Notes under the pieces: model-generated
Seen by the model: only the letters and a program-made list of their open reading frames with translations
What the model was told of the DNA's origin: nothing
Databases searched by the model: none
Shown: positions 18,919 through 27,510 of the stretch, piece by piece
Position numbering within the stretch: the first letter of the stretch is position 1
Layout of the letters: each line of letters begins with the position of its first letter
Position numbers and translations under genes: made by a program
Assembly (NCBI GenBank): GCA_002329645.1
Contig: DCTS01000099.1
Coordinates: 600-51,687, forward strand
Direction: 5' to 3'
Origin: Lachnoclostridium sp. UBA1434
GTDB lineage: Bacteria; Bacillota; Clostridia; Lachnospirales; Lachnospiraceae
DNA: 51,088 bases

Positions 18919-20136
18919 CTAATTATTACCTGACGGCGTATACCAGTTAATTTCATTATTTGCTAATGCTTCTTCAAAGGTTGCAGGTAATTTAGGCGCT
19001 TTGCCGCCATTGTTGTAATAATAATCATCTGCATAAAGAGGATTCTCATTAACATATACGGAATCTACATCTACAGCCGGATCCTCACCATCTCGAACCT
19101 TACGTGCATATATAACAGTCCTGTAATTCTTATCTACTTCATAAGAGCAGGTTGACAGGGCTAACAGCTGATCGTTTTCATTGATGTCAACCCCCTCTAT
19201 AACAAGCAAAGATCGAATACGTAACTGATAAACAAAATTAAGAAATTCGGAAGAATCAGCAAAGGTGGATTTCCGATATTCAAAGAAATAATCCTTGTCC
19301 ACTTTTGGAGTTGCCTTAATTATGGCAAATATTTTCCATAAGCCTTCTTCATAGATTGTATCAAATGATATTATCGGATGCTCTTTATAGAAATCCGGGT
19401 CTTTATAGTCCAGTAAATAATGGAACATTTTTTCACGCGTTGAAACCATGTTATGCCCGTGAATAACATAGCTTTGCGTATTCTTTTCAACAGATGACCT
19501 GATGTCCAGATATAAGGTTCCGGCCTTGCTGTATTTCCCCTCAATGTCCTTATCGAGATAATAATCCGGGTCGTCTGCGTCAGATTGCATGACTACATAA
19601 TCAATATTTGTACCGTCTATCTTTATCCAGCCCTTAACATCCTCATTCACAGCAAGCAAATCTTTAAATTTAAGAAGCCGTCCATGCTCATCCCTGTTGG
19701 GGTCCGGAGTTGGTGTGGGTGAATCTTCTTCCGGAATTGGCGTTGGTACAGCCTCTTCGGGAATTGGTGTGGGTACAATCTCTTCGGGAATTGGTGCAGC
19801 ACTTATAGCTACAGTCGGAGCCGGTGAAGAGGCTTCTGCAATAACAGGCTCATCTTCCGGCTTATAATACAGGTCTCTTGTTAAGCCAATTGATTTTTTT
19901 ATTCTATAGGGCTGGATGACTGTTTCGTTTATAAACAATGATGTGAATACAATGAAGCTTATTAAGCAGACAATTCTTACGGCTTTATAAATACTGAATT
20001 TGGGTTTTCCTTTTTGCTCAGTTTGTGATTGCGGCTCTGATTCCTGTGCATTATTATCGACCGTATTGCTGCTGCAGTCCGATGTATTATCGTTATCCAT
20101 ATTACTGCAGTCAGATGTATTATTATTCTCCGACAT
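18919..20136 (-). CDS. srtB: Class B sortase
   Basis: N-terminal TM, NEDVKGWIKIDGTNIDYVVMQ, IHGHNM (His), LSTCSY (Cys), YRTV (Arg); Pro/Thr-rich linker. Confidence 0.93.
   Translation of the reverse strand: MSENNNTSDCSNMDNDNTSDCSSNTVDNNAQESEPQSQTEQKGKPKFSIYKAVRIVCLISFIVFTSLFINETVIQPYRIKKSIGLTRDLYYKPEDEPVIAEASSPAPTVAISAAPIPEEIVPTPIPEEAVPTPIPEEDSPTPTPDPNRDEHGRLLKFKDLLAVNEDVKGWIKIDGTNIDYVVMQSDADDPDYYLDKDIEGKYSKAGTLYLDIRSSVEKNTQSYVIHGHNMVSTREKMFHYLLDYKDPDFYKEHPIISFDTIYEEGLWKIFAIIKATPKVDKDYFFEYRKSTFADSSEFLNFVYQLRIRSLLVIEGVDINENDQLLALSTCSYEVDKNYRTVIYARKVRDGEDPAVDVDSVYVNENPLYADDYYYNNGGKAPKLPATFEEALANNEINWYTPSGNN
19710..19796. repeat. 27-bp tandem repeat x3 in the sortase linker (PIPEExxPT)
   Basis: Units start at 19710, 19737 and 19764; a separate 33-bp duplication (NTSDCS x2) lies at 20072-20123. 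Confidence 0.9.
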
Positions 20137-20207
20137 GTTTATCTCCTTTTGTATCAGGTAATTCTCCGTTTTTAAAAATCTTACATGGGCTGCTAATATA
20201 CATACGC

Positions 20208-20323
20208 TGTCGGTATTTATGCACTGTCGGTATTCATGCGTTGCCGGTATTCATGTGTTGCCGGTATTTATGTGCTGCCGGTATTTATGTGCTGCCGGTA
20301 TTTATGTGCTGCCGGTATTCATG
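20208..20323. repeat. 17-bp VNTR x7 (TGCCGGTATTTATGTGC) in the predicted srtB 5' leader
   Basis: Units at 20208, 20225, 20242, 20259, 20276, 20293 and 20310 (last partial); three are identical, no spacers. Confidence 0.97.
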
Positions 20324-20361
20324 ATCTGCATATGCAGTCAGATTTTGCATAAACCGGGATA

Positions 20362-20390
20362 ATTATATCACTAAAGTATCAGGTAGTAAA
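20362..20390 (-). promoter_or_regulatory. Putative extended -10 sigma-A promoter of srtB
   Basis: TTTACT-17 bp-TATAAT with TGn immediately before the -10. Confidence 0.55.
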
Positions 20391-20397
20391 GATTTAG

Positions 20398-20436
20398 AAA
20401 AAAGCTGCAGCACGGTCGGTTAAACCGTCTGCAGCT
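20398..20436 (-). terminator. Intrinsic terminator of sigK
   Basis: AGCTGCAG-ACGGT...ACCGT-g-CTGCAGCT followed by a T run, 10 bp after the stop codon. Confidence 0.85.
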
Positions 20437-20446
20437 ATTAACTCCG

Positions 20447-21070
20447 TCAGCACTCGAAGCATTCTCTAAGCTTCTTAAGGGCCTTCTTCTCTATTCTGCT
20501 GACATAGCTTCTCGATATTCCGAGTTTACTGGCAATCTCCCTCTGGGTTACTTCCTTTCTGTTGCTAAGACCGTATCGCAGGCATATTATTTCCCTTTCC
20601 CTGTCGGTCAGCACCTTCCCGATAAGCTTGTAGAGCTTTTTTATATCATCCTCAAGAACAATATTTTCAATGATATCGATATCTGCTTCCTCTATAATGT
20701 CCAGCAGGTTTATTTCATTGCCCTCCCGATCGGAGCCTATTGGATCATACAGATATATTTCCTTAGCCAGTCGCTTTCCGCTCCTAAGCATCATTAGCAG
20801 CTCATTGTCGATGCATCTTGAAGCATAGGTTGCAAGGCGGATCCCCTTCTCACCATCAAATGTATCTATAGCCTTGATTAGTCCTATTGTGCCGATAGAT
20901 ATCAAATCATCTGTTTCCTTATCTGTCATGTTGTACTTTTTTACTATATGTGCTACAAGTCTCAGGTTATGTTCTATCAGTTTATCTCTTGCCTGTTTGT
21001 CTCCCTCCTTGCATCGCTGCAGATAGTCCGACTCCTCTTTGGTACTTAACGGCTTGGGAAAAGACCTCAC
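20447..21070 (-). CDS. sigK: Sporulation sigma factor SigK (uninterrupted, apparently no pro-sequence)
   Basis: SFPKPLS, LIEHNLRLVAHIVKKY, DDLISIGTIGLIKAID, RLATYASRCIDNE, TQREIA..LGISRSYVSRIEKKAL; GTG start at 21070 follows GAGGGTG RBS (alternative TTG 21088). Confidence 0.93.
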   Translation of the reverse strand: MRSFPKPLSTKEESDYLQRCKEGDKQARDKLIEHNLRLVAHIVKKYNMTDKETDDLISIGTIGLIKAIDTFDGEKGIRLATYASRCIDNELLMMLRSGKRLAKEIYLYDPIGSDREGNEINLLDIIEEADIDIIENIVLEDDIKKLYKLIGKVLTDREREIICLRYGLSNRKEVTQREIASKLGISRSYVSRIEKKALKKLRECFEC

Positions 21071-21107
21071 TAAGATAAGCACCCTCAATGATTAACGATT
21101 CATTATT

Positions 21108-21136
21108 AGCTTATGAGTATTATTGACATAAAGTGC
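21108..21136 (-). promoter_or_regulatory. Possible mother-cell (SigK/SigE-type) promoter upstream of sigK
   Basis: GCAC-17 bp-CATAAGCT matches the AC-N16/17-CATAnnnT consensus known from Bacillus subtilis. Confidence 0.45.
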
Positions 21137-21168
21137 CTATCCCTCTAAAAAAAGGACAGAAGGACTTA

Positions 21169-22410
21169 TTATTCCTTCCGCCTAAGCATGTCATATATGT
21201 CCAGTTTTGTCCCCAAATCGATGTATATTATCTGACCGGGATGGGGACAGCTCATAATATCGTTTCCTTCTTCGTCAGTCATTCTTTGCACAAGGGTATA
21301 CAATGTCGAACCGTCAGGCTTGATTACCTCAATTGCTTCTCCTGTGCTGAATTTGTTTTTCTGCTCCAGCCTGTACAAGCCGTCCCTTTCACCTGAGATG
21401 GTACCAAGATAGGTATATGCCTTTTCATAGGTACCGCGGTCATATATCTGGTCCTTATGGTTCGGCTTCCCGAAATAGAAGCCTGTTGTGAACTGGCGGT
21501 TGACCCCCTTCTTAACCTCTTCCATGTAAAGGGACTTGTTCCTTTCATATAGCCCGGGATCGGCAAAGTAATCGTCAATTGCCTTCCTGTATGCCCTTGT
21601 GACTGTGGCAACATACAGGACAGTCTTCATCCTGCCCTCCACCTTGAAGCTGTCTATTCCTGCAGCAATAAGCTCCGGAATATACTCTATCATACATAGG
21701 TCCTTGGAATTGAAGATATAGGTCCCCCGCTCATTTTCCTCAATAGGAAGGTATTCTCCGATCCTGGTCTCCTCCATCAGGTAGTATTTCCAGCGACAGG
21801 AGTGTGTACATTCTCCCAGATTGGCATCCCGCCCCGTAAAGTAATTGCTTAACAGGCATCTCCCCGAATATGCAATGCACATTGAGCCGTGGATGAAGGC
21901 TTCAATCTCCATATCAGGCGGTATGTTGGCTCTGAGCTCTGCTATCTCCGATAATGACATCTCCCTTGCCGTTACAGCCCTCTTAGCTCCGAGCCTGTGC
22001 CAGAAGCTGAAGGTTTCGTAATTGGTATTATTTGCCTGGGTGCTGATATGGCGTTCCACCTCCGGCAGTATCTCACCTGCTATGGAGAATACTCCCGGGT
22101 CGGTTATTATAAGAGCATCCGGCTTGTCCTTGCCGAATGCCTTAAGCTCTTTCAGATATTCCTTTATACCCTCAAGATCATTGTTATGGGCAGTGATATT
22201 AACAGTAACATATACCTTTCTGCCGTATGAATGGGCAAATGCAATGCTCTCCTTCATCTGATCCGGAGAAAAGTTCTTTGCCCTGGCACGCAGTCCATAC
22301 ATATCCCCGCCGATATAGACGGCATCGGCTCCGTATATTATGGCTGCCCTTAAAGTTTCCGGATCACCTGCCGGCATTAGAAGCTCCGGCTTTCTTATAT
22401 CCTTTATCAT
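21169..22410 (-). CDS. U32 family protein (TrhP/YrrO-like tRNA hydroxylation protein)
   Basis: PELLMPAG, GADAVYIGG, HISTQAN, HGSMCIAYSGRCLLS, CTHSCRW, FKVEGRMK. Confidence 0.93.
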   Translation of the reverse strand: MIKDIRKPELLMPAGDPETLRAAIIYGADAVYIGGDMYGLRARAKNFSPDQMKESIAFAHSYGRKVYVTVNITAHNNDLEGIKEYLKELKAFGKDKPDALIITDPGVFSIAGEILPEVERHISTQANNTNYETFSFWHRLGAKRAVTAREMSLSEIAELRANIPPDMEIEAFIHGSMCIAYSGRCLLSNYFTGRDANLGECTHSCRWKYYLMEETRIGEYLPIEENERGTYIFNSKDLCMIEYIPELIAAGIDSFKVEGRMKTVLYVATVTRAYRKAIDDYFADPGLYERNKSLYMEEVKKGVNRQFTTGFYFGKPNHKDQIYDRGTYEKAYTYLGTISGERDGLYRLEQKNKFSTGEAIEVIKPDGSTLYTLVQRMTDEEGNDIMSCPHPGQIIYIDLGTKLDIYDMLRRKE

Positions 22411-22437
22411 AATATCATTCCTTCAATATTATATGAG

Positions 22438-23103
22438 TTAAACCGTATCTACCCTGCAGCTTATGGCTATCCCGTCACCTATGGGAAGTATCAGGGAGGC
22501 CAGCTCCTTCATATGGGTTATTGTGTACAAATATTCACGCATTCTGGAGTGAATGGTCCTGTCCCTCCTTGTTATACTGTATCTGGAGTTTATAACAGTC
22601 CCGTCCTGGAGCACGTTGTCAGTGACAAGCAGGGTGCCGGGCTTCATAAGCCTTAATAGCTCGGGAAGAAAGCTCATATACTGGGCCTTGGCAGCATCCA
22701 GAAAGATAAAGTCATACTTTTCTTCATTATCTGCAAGCTCCTTAAGGACCTTCATAGCTTCTCCCTTTATCAGATTTATCTTCTCCCTTTTTGCAAATCT
22801 TTCGTCAGAAAGATTCTTTACTGCATCCCTAAGACGCATCGGAACCTTTTCTATTGTTGTGATCTTGCAATCATCACTCGTATACTCACTCATAAAGAGG
22901 GCGGAAAAGCCAATAGCCGTTCCGACCTCCAATATGCTGCCGGGTTTATGTGTACGCAGTAAAAACCGCAGCAGCCCCTGTGTTTCTTTCCTGATTATAG
23001 GCACATGGTTTCTCAGGGCTTCCTCCTCCAGACGGATGAGCTCCTGAGGCATGTCCTCACTTAGTGAATTTATATATGCGGATATACGCTCATTATCTAT
23101 CAT
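22438..23103 (-). CDS. SAM-dependent O-methyltransferase (TrmR/YrrM-like)
   Basis: ILEVGTAIGFS, YDFIFLDAAKAQY, LVTDNVL, PIGDG; next to U32 gene; start at ATG 23103 after GGAGGGG. Confidence 0.9.
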   Translation of the reverse strand: MIDNERISAYINSLSEDMPQELIRLEEEALRNHVPIIRKETQGLLRFLLRTHKPGSILEVGTAIGFSALFMSEYTSDDCKITTIEKVPMRLRDAVKNLSDERFAKREKINLIKGEAMKVLKELADNEEKYDFIFLDAAKAQYMSFLPELLRLMKPGTLLVTDNVLQDGTVINSRYSITRRDRTIHSRMREYLYTITHMKELASLILPIGDGIAISCRVDTV

Positions 23104-23136
23104 CAGTTGTCCCCTCCGGCTGTATCCCGGATTCAT

Positions 23137-23335
23137 GCCGGGTAACTCTGCTGTCCTGCCGGTACTCACTTGTCGGATGTATTCTGCTGTCCTGCCGGTA
23201 CTCCCTTGTCGGATGTATACTACTGTCCTGTTGCTGCTCCATCACCGGACGAATTTCCCTGTCCGGATGATGATCCTTCTCCGGACGAAGCTTCATCTCC
23301 GGCTGATGCTTCATCACCGGAAATACTCTCCGGTC
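23137..23335. repeat. 18-bp periodic array (36-bp higher-order unit) running through the stop codon of the MltG-like gene
   Basis: CCGG/TCGG/CCTG at 23155, 23173, 23191, 23209, 23227, 23245, 23263, 23281, 23299, 23317; near-perfect 36-bp units 23148-23183 and 23184-23219. Confidence 0.85.
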
Positions 23336-23762
23336 CTGCGTCTATATCCTCAAGCTCATCGTCCTTAACTATAGATTTGGAGTAATCTGTTATTATCTCC
23401 AATATTTCATCATATGTCATAGAGGAGTATATCTCATATGTCCCGGGCATGAGCACAAGCTCCTGAAGCTTCACCTTAAGGGCGAAGGAATATTTATTCT
23501 CTATTGCATGGTATAGTTCCAGCTTCTCTGCAATATCCATTGTGGAATCGCCCTTGTTGATCTTTATATATATCTTTCTGGCATGGGCAGTATCATCAAC
23601 CGCATCAGGTCCGTAGATCTGATAGGTAAAATCAAAAGCCGCATTGCTTGTATATATAACCGATACCACAACCAGAACATAAAATACTATATTCATGAGC
23701 AAGCGCAGTATGAAGCTCGATACCTTCAGGGTAACCTTGACGGATGTGGATCTTGATGCCAT
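23220..23762 (-). CDS. Short MltG/YceG N-terminal-like membrane protein without catalytic domain
   Basis: TM plus INKGDSTMDIAEKL...LMPGTYEIYSSMTYDEIL (YceG N-terminal pattern); occupies the mltG (yrrL) position before the yrrM/yrrO homologues; acidic repeat tail. Confidence 0.7.
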   Translation of the reverse strand: MASRSTSVKVTLKVSSFILRLLMNIVFYVLVVVSVIYTSNAAFDFTYQIYGPDAVDDTAHARKIYIKINKGDSTMDIAEKLELYHAIENKYSFALKVKLQELVLMPGTYEIYSSMTYDEILEIITDYSKSIVKDDELEDIDAGPESISGDEASAGDEASSGEGSSSGQGNSSGDGAATGQ

Positions 23763-23810
23763 TACATCACCTCTTTTTGCAATTGCCTCATCTTATGCGG
23801 GTAAATAATC

Positions 23811-25691
23811 CTATACCTCCATAATGATGGGCAATATCATGGGATTGCGTTTCGTCTTCTTCCAAATGAAATCGCTGAGCGAATCCTTTATTTCCATCTT
23901 CATCTTGGCCCAGTCGACATTATTTTTGACCAGGCATCTGTCCAGGGCTCGTTCAACTATTTCCCTGGCTTCATCCATCAGGTTTTCGGATTCTTTTACA
24001 TATACGAAGCCTCTTGAGACTATATCCGGGCCTGCAAGAACCTGGTTGCTGTACTTCTCCAGTGATACCACTACAGCGATCAGGCCGTTCTCAGAGAGGA
24101 GCTGCCTGTCACGCAGCACCACATTGCCCACATCACCGATACCAAGACCGTCGACCAGAATTCCCTGGGCCGGCACCTCACCGGTTATGGCAGCCCTTTC
24201 CTCCGAAAGGGTTAGCACATCACCTGAGGACAGAAGGAATATATTCTCCTTCGGAACCCCCATCATCTGCGCTATATCGGCATGGCGGTTCAGATGCCTG
24301 AATTCCCCATGCACGGGAATTGCATACTTCGGCCTTGTAAGCGCATACATAAGCTTTATTTCTTCCTGGCAGGCATGCCCCGAAACATGGGTGTCCTGAT
24401 ATATGACCTTTGCTCCCTTCATTGACAGCTCATTTATAACTCTGGATACCGCTTTTTCATTGCCGGGTATGGGAGTTGAGCTTAATATTACCACATCCCC
24501 CGGCTGGATTGACACCTTCTTATGAATGGAAGATGCGATGCGGGATAACGCCGCCATCGACTCTCCCTGGCTTCCCGTGGTAATAAGCACCAGCTGGTCA
24601 TCCGTATAATTCTTCATCTGCTCTATATCAATGAGCATGTCATCGGGCAGGTTAATATAACCGAGCTCGGTTGCTGTTGAAATGATGTTTACCATGCTGC
24701 GGCCCTCGATGACAACCTTTCGCCCGTACTTCCTGGCGGAATTAATTATTTGCTGAACCCGGTCCACATTGGATGCAAATGTTGCCACTATTATCCTTGA
24801 CCGGCAGTAATCGGCAAATATATTGTCAAAGGTCTTGCCGACTGTACTTTCCGAGGGTGTATAGCCGGGCCTTTCCGCATTGGTGCTGTCGCACAGCAGC
24901 GCAAGCACCCCTTTCTTGCCGATTTCACCTATTCTTTGCAAATCAACGGGACTCCCGTACACAGGCGTATAATCAATCTTAAAGTCGCCGGTATGGAATA
25001 TTATCCCTGCAGGGGTGAATATAGCGAGTGATGCCGCATCCGCTATACTGTGGTTTGTCCTTACAAATTCAATCCTGAAACATCCCAGGTTGATGGATTG
25101 GCCGTATTTTATCACCTTTCTCTTGGTTGTCTTAAGCAAATTATGTTCCTTCAGCTTGTTTTCAATGATTGCCATGGTCAGCCTTGTTGCATACACAGGA
25201 ACATTGATATCCTTTAAAATATACGGCAGTGAGCCTATATGATCCTCATGTCCGTGGGTAATCACAAATCCCTTTACCTTATCAATGTTTTCCTTAAGGT
25301 ATGTGACGTCGGGAATGACAAGGTCAATTCCCAGCATTTCATCCTCCGGGAAGGACAGGCCGCAATCAATGACTACTATTGTGTCCTCGTATTCGATTGC
25401 GGTGATGTTCATGCCGATTTTCTCAAGTCCGCCAAGGGGTATAATCTTTACCCCGTCAAAATCTGCACCTTTCCCTGTATTTTTCACACTGCTGCCATAC
25501 CTGCTGACTGCATTGTTTACAACTATATTCCCGTTGTAACCGATACCGTTGGCCGGGCTTGCCAGGCCGTTGCCAAGGCTTACTCCCATGCCGGTTACGA
25601 TATTACTTTTATCCTTTTTACTTACTCTTTTTAATGTTTTCCTTCCAGTCGTTTTTTCAATACTACTTCCGGATAATTCCCTATCCTTCAA
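23811..25691 (-). CDS. rnj: Ribonuclease J with N-terminal low-complexity extension
   Basis: KIIPLGGLEKIGMN, THGHEDHIG, HTGDFKID, HVSGHA, PVHGE, RNPMILP; TTG start at 25691 follows GGAGGTG (alternative ATG 25745). Confidence 0.96.
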   Translation of the reverse strand: MKDRELSGSSIEKTTGRKTLKRVSKKDKSNIVTGMGVSLGNGLASPANGIGYNGNIVVNNAVSRYGSSVKNTGKGADFDGVKIIPLGGLEKIGMNITAIEYEDTIVVIDCGLSFPEDEMLGIDLVIPDVTYLKENIDKVKGFVITHGHEDHIGSLPYILKDINVPVYATRLTMAIIENKLKEHNLLKTTKRKVIKYGQSINLGCFRIEFVRTNHSIADAASLAIFTPAGIIFHTGDFKIDYTPVYGSPVDLQRIGEIGKKGVLALLCDSTNAERPGYTPSESTVGKTFDNIFADYCRSRIIVATFASNVDRVQQIINSARKYGRKVVIEGRSMVNIISTATELGYINLPDDMLIDIEQMKNYTDDQLVLITTGSQGESMAALSRIASSIHKKVSIQPGDVVILSSTPIPGNEKAVSRVINELSMKGAKVIYQDTHVSGHACQEEIKLMYALTRPKYAIPVHGEFRHLNRHADIAQMMGVPKENIFLLSSGDVLTLSEERAAITGEVPAQGILVDGLGIGDVGNVVLRDRQLLSENGLIAVVVSLEKYSNQVLAGPDIVSRGFVYVKESENLMDEAREIVERALDRCLVKNNVDWAKMKMEIKDSLSDFIWKKTKRNPMILPIIMEV

Positions 25692-25759
25692 AAATTGCAC
25701 CTCCAATGGTTTGTTATGTACTGTATATCCATTATCCGAGTGCATGATATAAGATTGGA

Positions 25760-26212
25760 TTATTTATGCCCGAGGCATTTTTTGCAGTGACCGTAAAGCT
25801 TAACCTCATGGTCCACCACTTCAAATCCAAGCGTTTCAGCTATTCGTTTTTCCAGGTTCTCAAGCAGATCATCCTGGAAAGCATAGATTTTACCACAATC
25901 AAGGCATATTAAATGATGATGGCGGTGGCATACTTCCTCGGATTTTTTAACTCCGATTTCATATCTGACATAGCCATCATCCAAATTCAACTTGTCAATC
26001 AGGCCTAATTCCGACAGTAGCTGTATAGTTCTGTACACAGTTGCAAGTCCGATGTCCGGGTATGTTTTTTTAACACAATCGTATATTTCCTCGGCTGTCA
26101 TATGCTTACCCGGCCTGCTTGAAAGTACTTCCAATATAGCAGCTCTCTGATTGGTAACCTTAAGGCCACGCTGCTTTAATACGCTTTTAAAATATTCCTG
26201 ATTATTAGGCAT
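25760..26212 (-). CDS. fur: Fur family transcriptional regulator
   Basis: GLKVTNQR, HMTAEEIY, GLATVYRT, HHHLICLDCG, YGHCKKC; metal specificity not determinable. Confidence 0.93.
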   Translation of the reverse strand: MPNNQEYFKSVLKQRGLKVTNQRAAILEVLSSRPGKHMTAEEIYDCVKKTYPDIGLATVYRTIQLLSELGLIDKLNLDDGYVRYEIGVKKSEEVCHRHHHLICLDCGKIYAFQDDLLENLEKRIAETLGFEVVDHEVKLYGHCKKCLGHK

Positions 26213-26240
26213 ATCTTCTCCATTAATCTATATCAATGCA

Positions 26241-26513
26241 TCATAATAGTTCAATGTCATCCAATAATTCCCTGAAGATGGCTGCTACCATATCCAGTTC
26301 CTTATCATCCTCAACTACTTCATATATGGCTTCCATATCAGCCGCTGAAGAAATATCCTTTAACACGAAAGCGTCCTCCGACTCCTCCCCGTCATTTGCG
26401 GGAGTCACCAGAAGATAATCGACACCGCCCAGCCTTGTCTGTTCAAGAACCTTAAATACGTTATCGGTACCGTCTTCTGCTGTCATTAATATTTCATCGG
26501 GCTTAAGCTCCAT
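26241..26513 (-). CDS. DUF1292 (YrzB-like) protein
   Basis: FKVLEQTRLGGVDYLLV...YEVVEDDKEL; conserved position after ruvX; start at ATG 26513. Confidence 0.8.
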   Translation of the reverse strand: MELKPDEILMTAEDGTDNVFKVLEQTRLGGVDYLLVTPANDGEESEDAFVLKDISSAADMEAIYEVVEDDKELDMVAAIFRELLDDIELL

Positions 26514-26535
26514 ATATACATCAAACCTTTCGAAT

Positions 26536-26712
26536 ATGTTGATCAGTTTATATTGTTTAGTTTCAAATATGTTGTTTAGTTTCAAACATGTTGTTCGTTT
26601 CCTGTATGTAAAGCATCATAATTCTTGTTCAGTTCCCTGCATGTTCTAGTTTCATACTAATTGCTCGGTTGCTCATATTTTTAATTTAATATTCATTACT
26701 CAGTCCTTCATA
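26536..26712. repeat. Degenerate ~19-bp tandem array filling the ruvX-DUF1292 spacer
   Basis: TTGTTTAGTTTCAAAYATG at 26553 and 26572, degenerate copy at 26591, weaker copies towards the ruvX stop codon. Confidence 0.65.
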
Positions 26713-27131
26713 TAGTTAAGCTTATCAAGATAGCTTTGCAGTATAAGCACTGCGGCAAGCTTATCAACCACCATTGCTCTTTCCGCAACAGAAGCGCCCC
26801 CCTCGTCAAGCACCTTGCGAGCCTCCACCGTTGTCAGTCTTTCATCCCACAATACTACCTCGAGCATGGTCCTCCTCCGAAGCATATCGGCAAATTCTTC
26901 GGATTTTTTAGCCCTGTCACCTATCGTATTGTTAAGATGCTTGGGATAACCGACTACTATTTTGTCAATCTGATATTCCCTTACTAATTCCTCAATACGT
27001 GCGAGGGTACGCCTCAGCTTATTTTCTTCCTTTCTGCGGATAACCTCAATGCCCTGGGCAGTAAGAAGAAGGGCATCGCTGATTGCTACCCCAACCGTCA
27101 CGGATCCGTAGTCAAGTCCCATGATCCTCAT
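26700..27131 (-). CDS. ruvX: YqgF/RuvX pre-16S rRNA nuclease
   Basis: [45 protein letters not shown]. Confidence 0.96.
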   Translation of the reverse strand: MRIMGLDYGSVTVGVAISDALLLTAQGIEVIRRKEENKLRRTLARIEELVREYQIDKIVVGYPKHLNNTIGDRAKKSEEFADMLRRRTMLEVVLWDERLTTVEARKVLDEGGASVAERAMVVDKLAAVLILQSYLDKLNYMKD

Positions 27132-27150
27132 ATGCTTTCTCCCTAAACGG

Positions 27151-27426
27151 CTATTTCATACCCTTCCCGTTGATTTCATTATCAATGTAGAAACGCAGTA
27201 ATTCCTCGATAATCTCGTCTCGCTCTACCTTCATAACCAGGCTGCGAGCACCCTTATGGCTTGTTATGTAGGTCGGATCTCCGGACATAATATACCCTAC
27301 TATCTGATTTACAGGATTATATCCCTTTTCAGTCAAGGCTGAATATACGGCATGGATCACATCGTGTACCATCATCTCGGTATCCTTTTGAACCTTGAAA
27401 TACTGTGTATTGTTTTGCTTCCTCAT
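27151..27426 (-). CDS. ireB: IreB/ReoM family regulatory phosphoprotein (DUF965)
   Basis: [37 protein letters not shown]; start at ATG 27426. Confidence 0.93.
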   Translation of the reverse strand: MRKQNNTQYFKVQKDTEMMVHDVIHAVYSALTEKGYNPVNQIVGYIMSGDPTYITSHKGARSLVMKVERDEIIEELLRFYIDNEINGKGMK

Positions 27427-27510
27427 TGATTCACTTCCCTTTTCAGACTTGGAAGCTTTCTGATAAGCATTCCCATTATTATTTAATACTAATATATTTT
27501 CCATAAAAAT

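Noticed and set aside
20208..20323. Possible CRISPR array
   Set aside because: Head-to-tail 17-bp units with no unique spacers; no cas genes in the window
20025..20324. 99-aa Cys/Tyr-rich plus-strand ORF
   Set aside because: Artefact of the 17-bp VNTR and the antisense of the sortase N-terminus
20447..21070. skin-like prophage interrupting sigK
   Set aside because: The ORF is continuous from region 1.2 to 4.2, with no recombinase nearby
23093..23317. 74-aa repetitive minus-strand ORF
   Set aside because: Alternative-frame product of the 18/36-bp repeat array, overlapping two real genes
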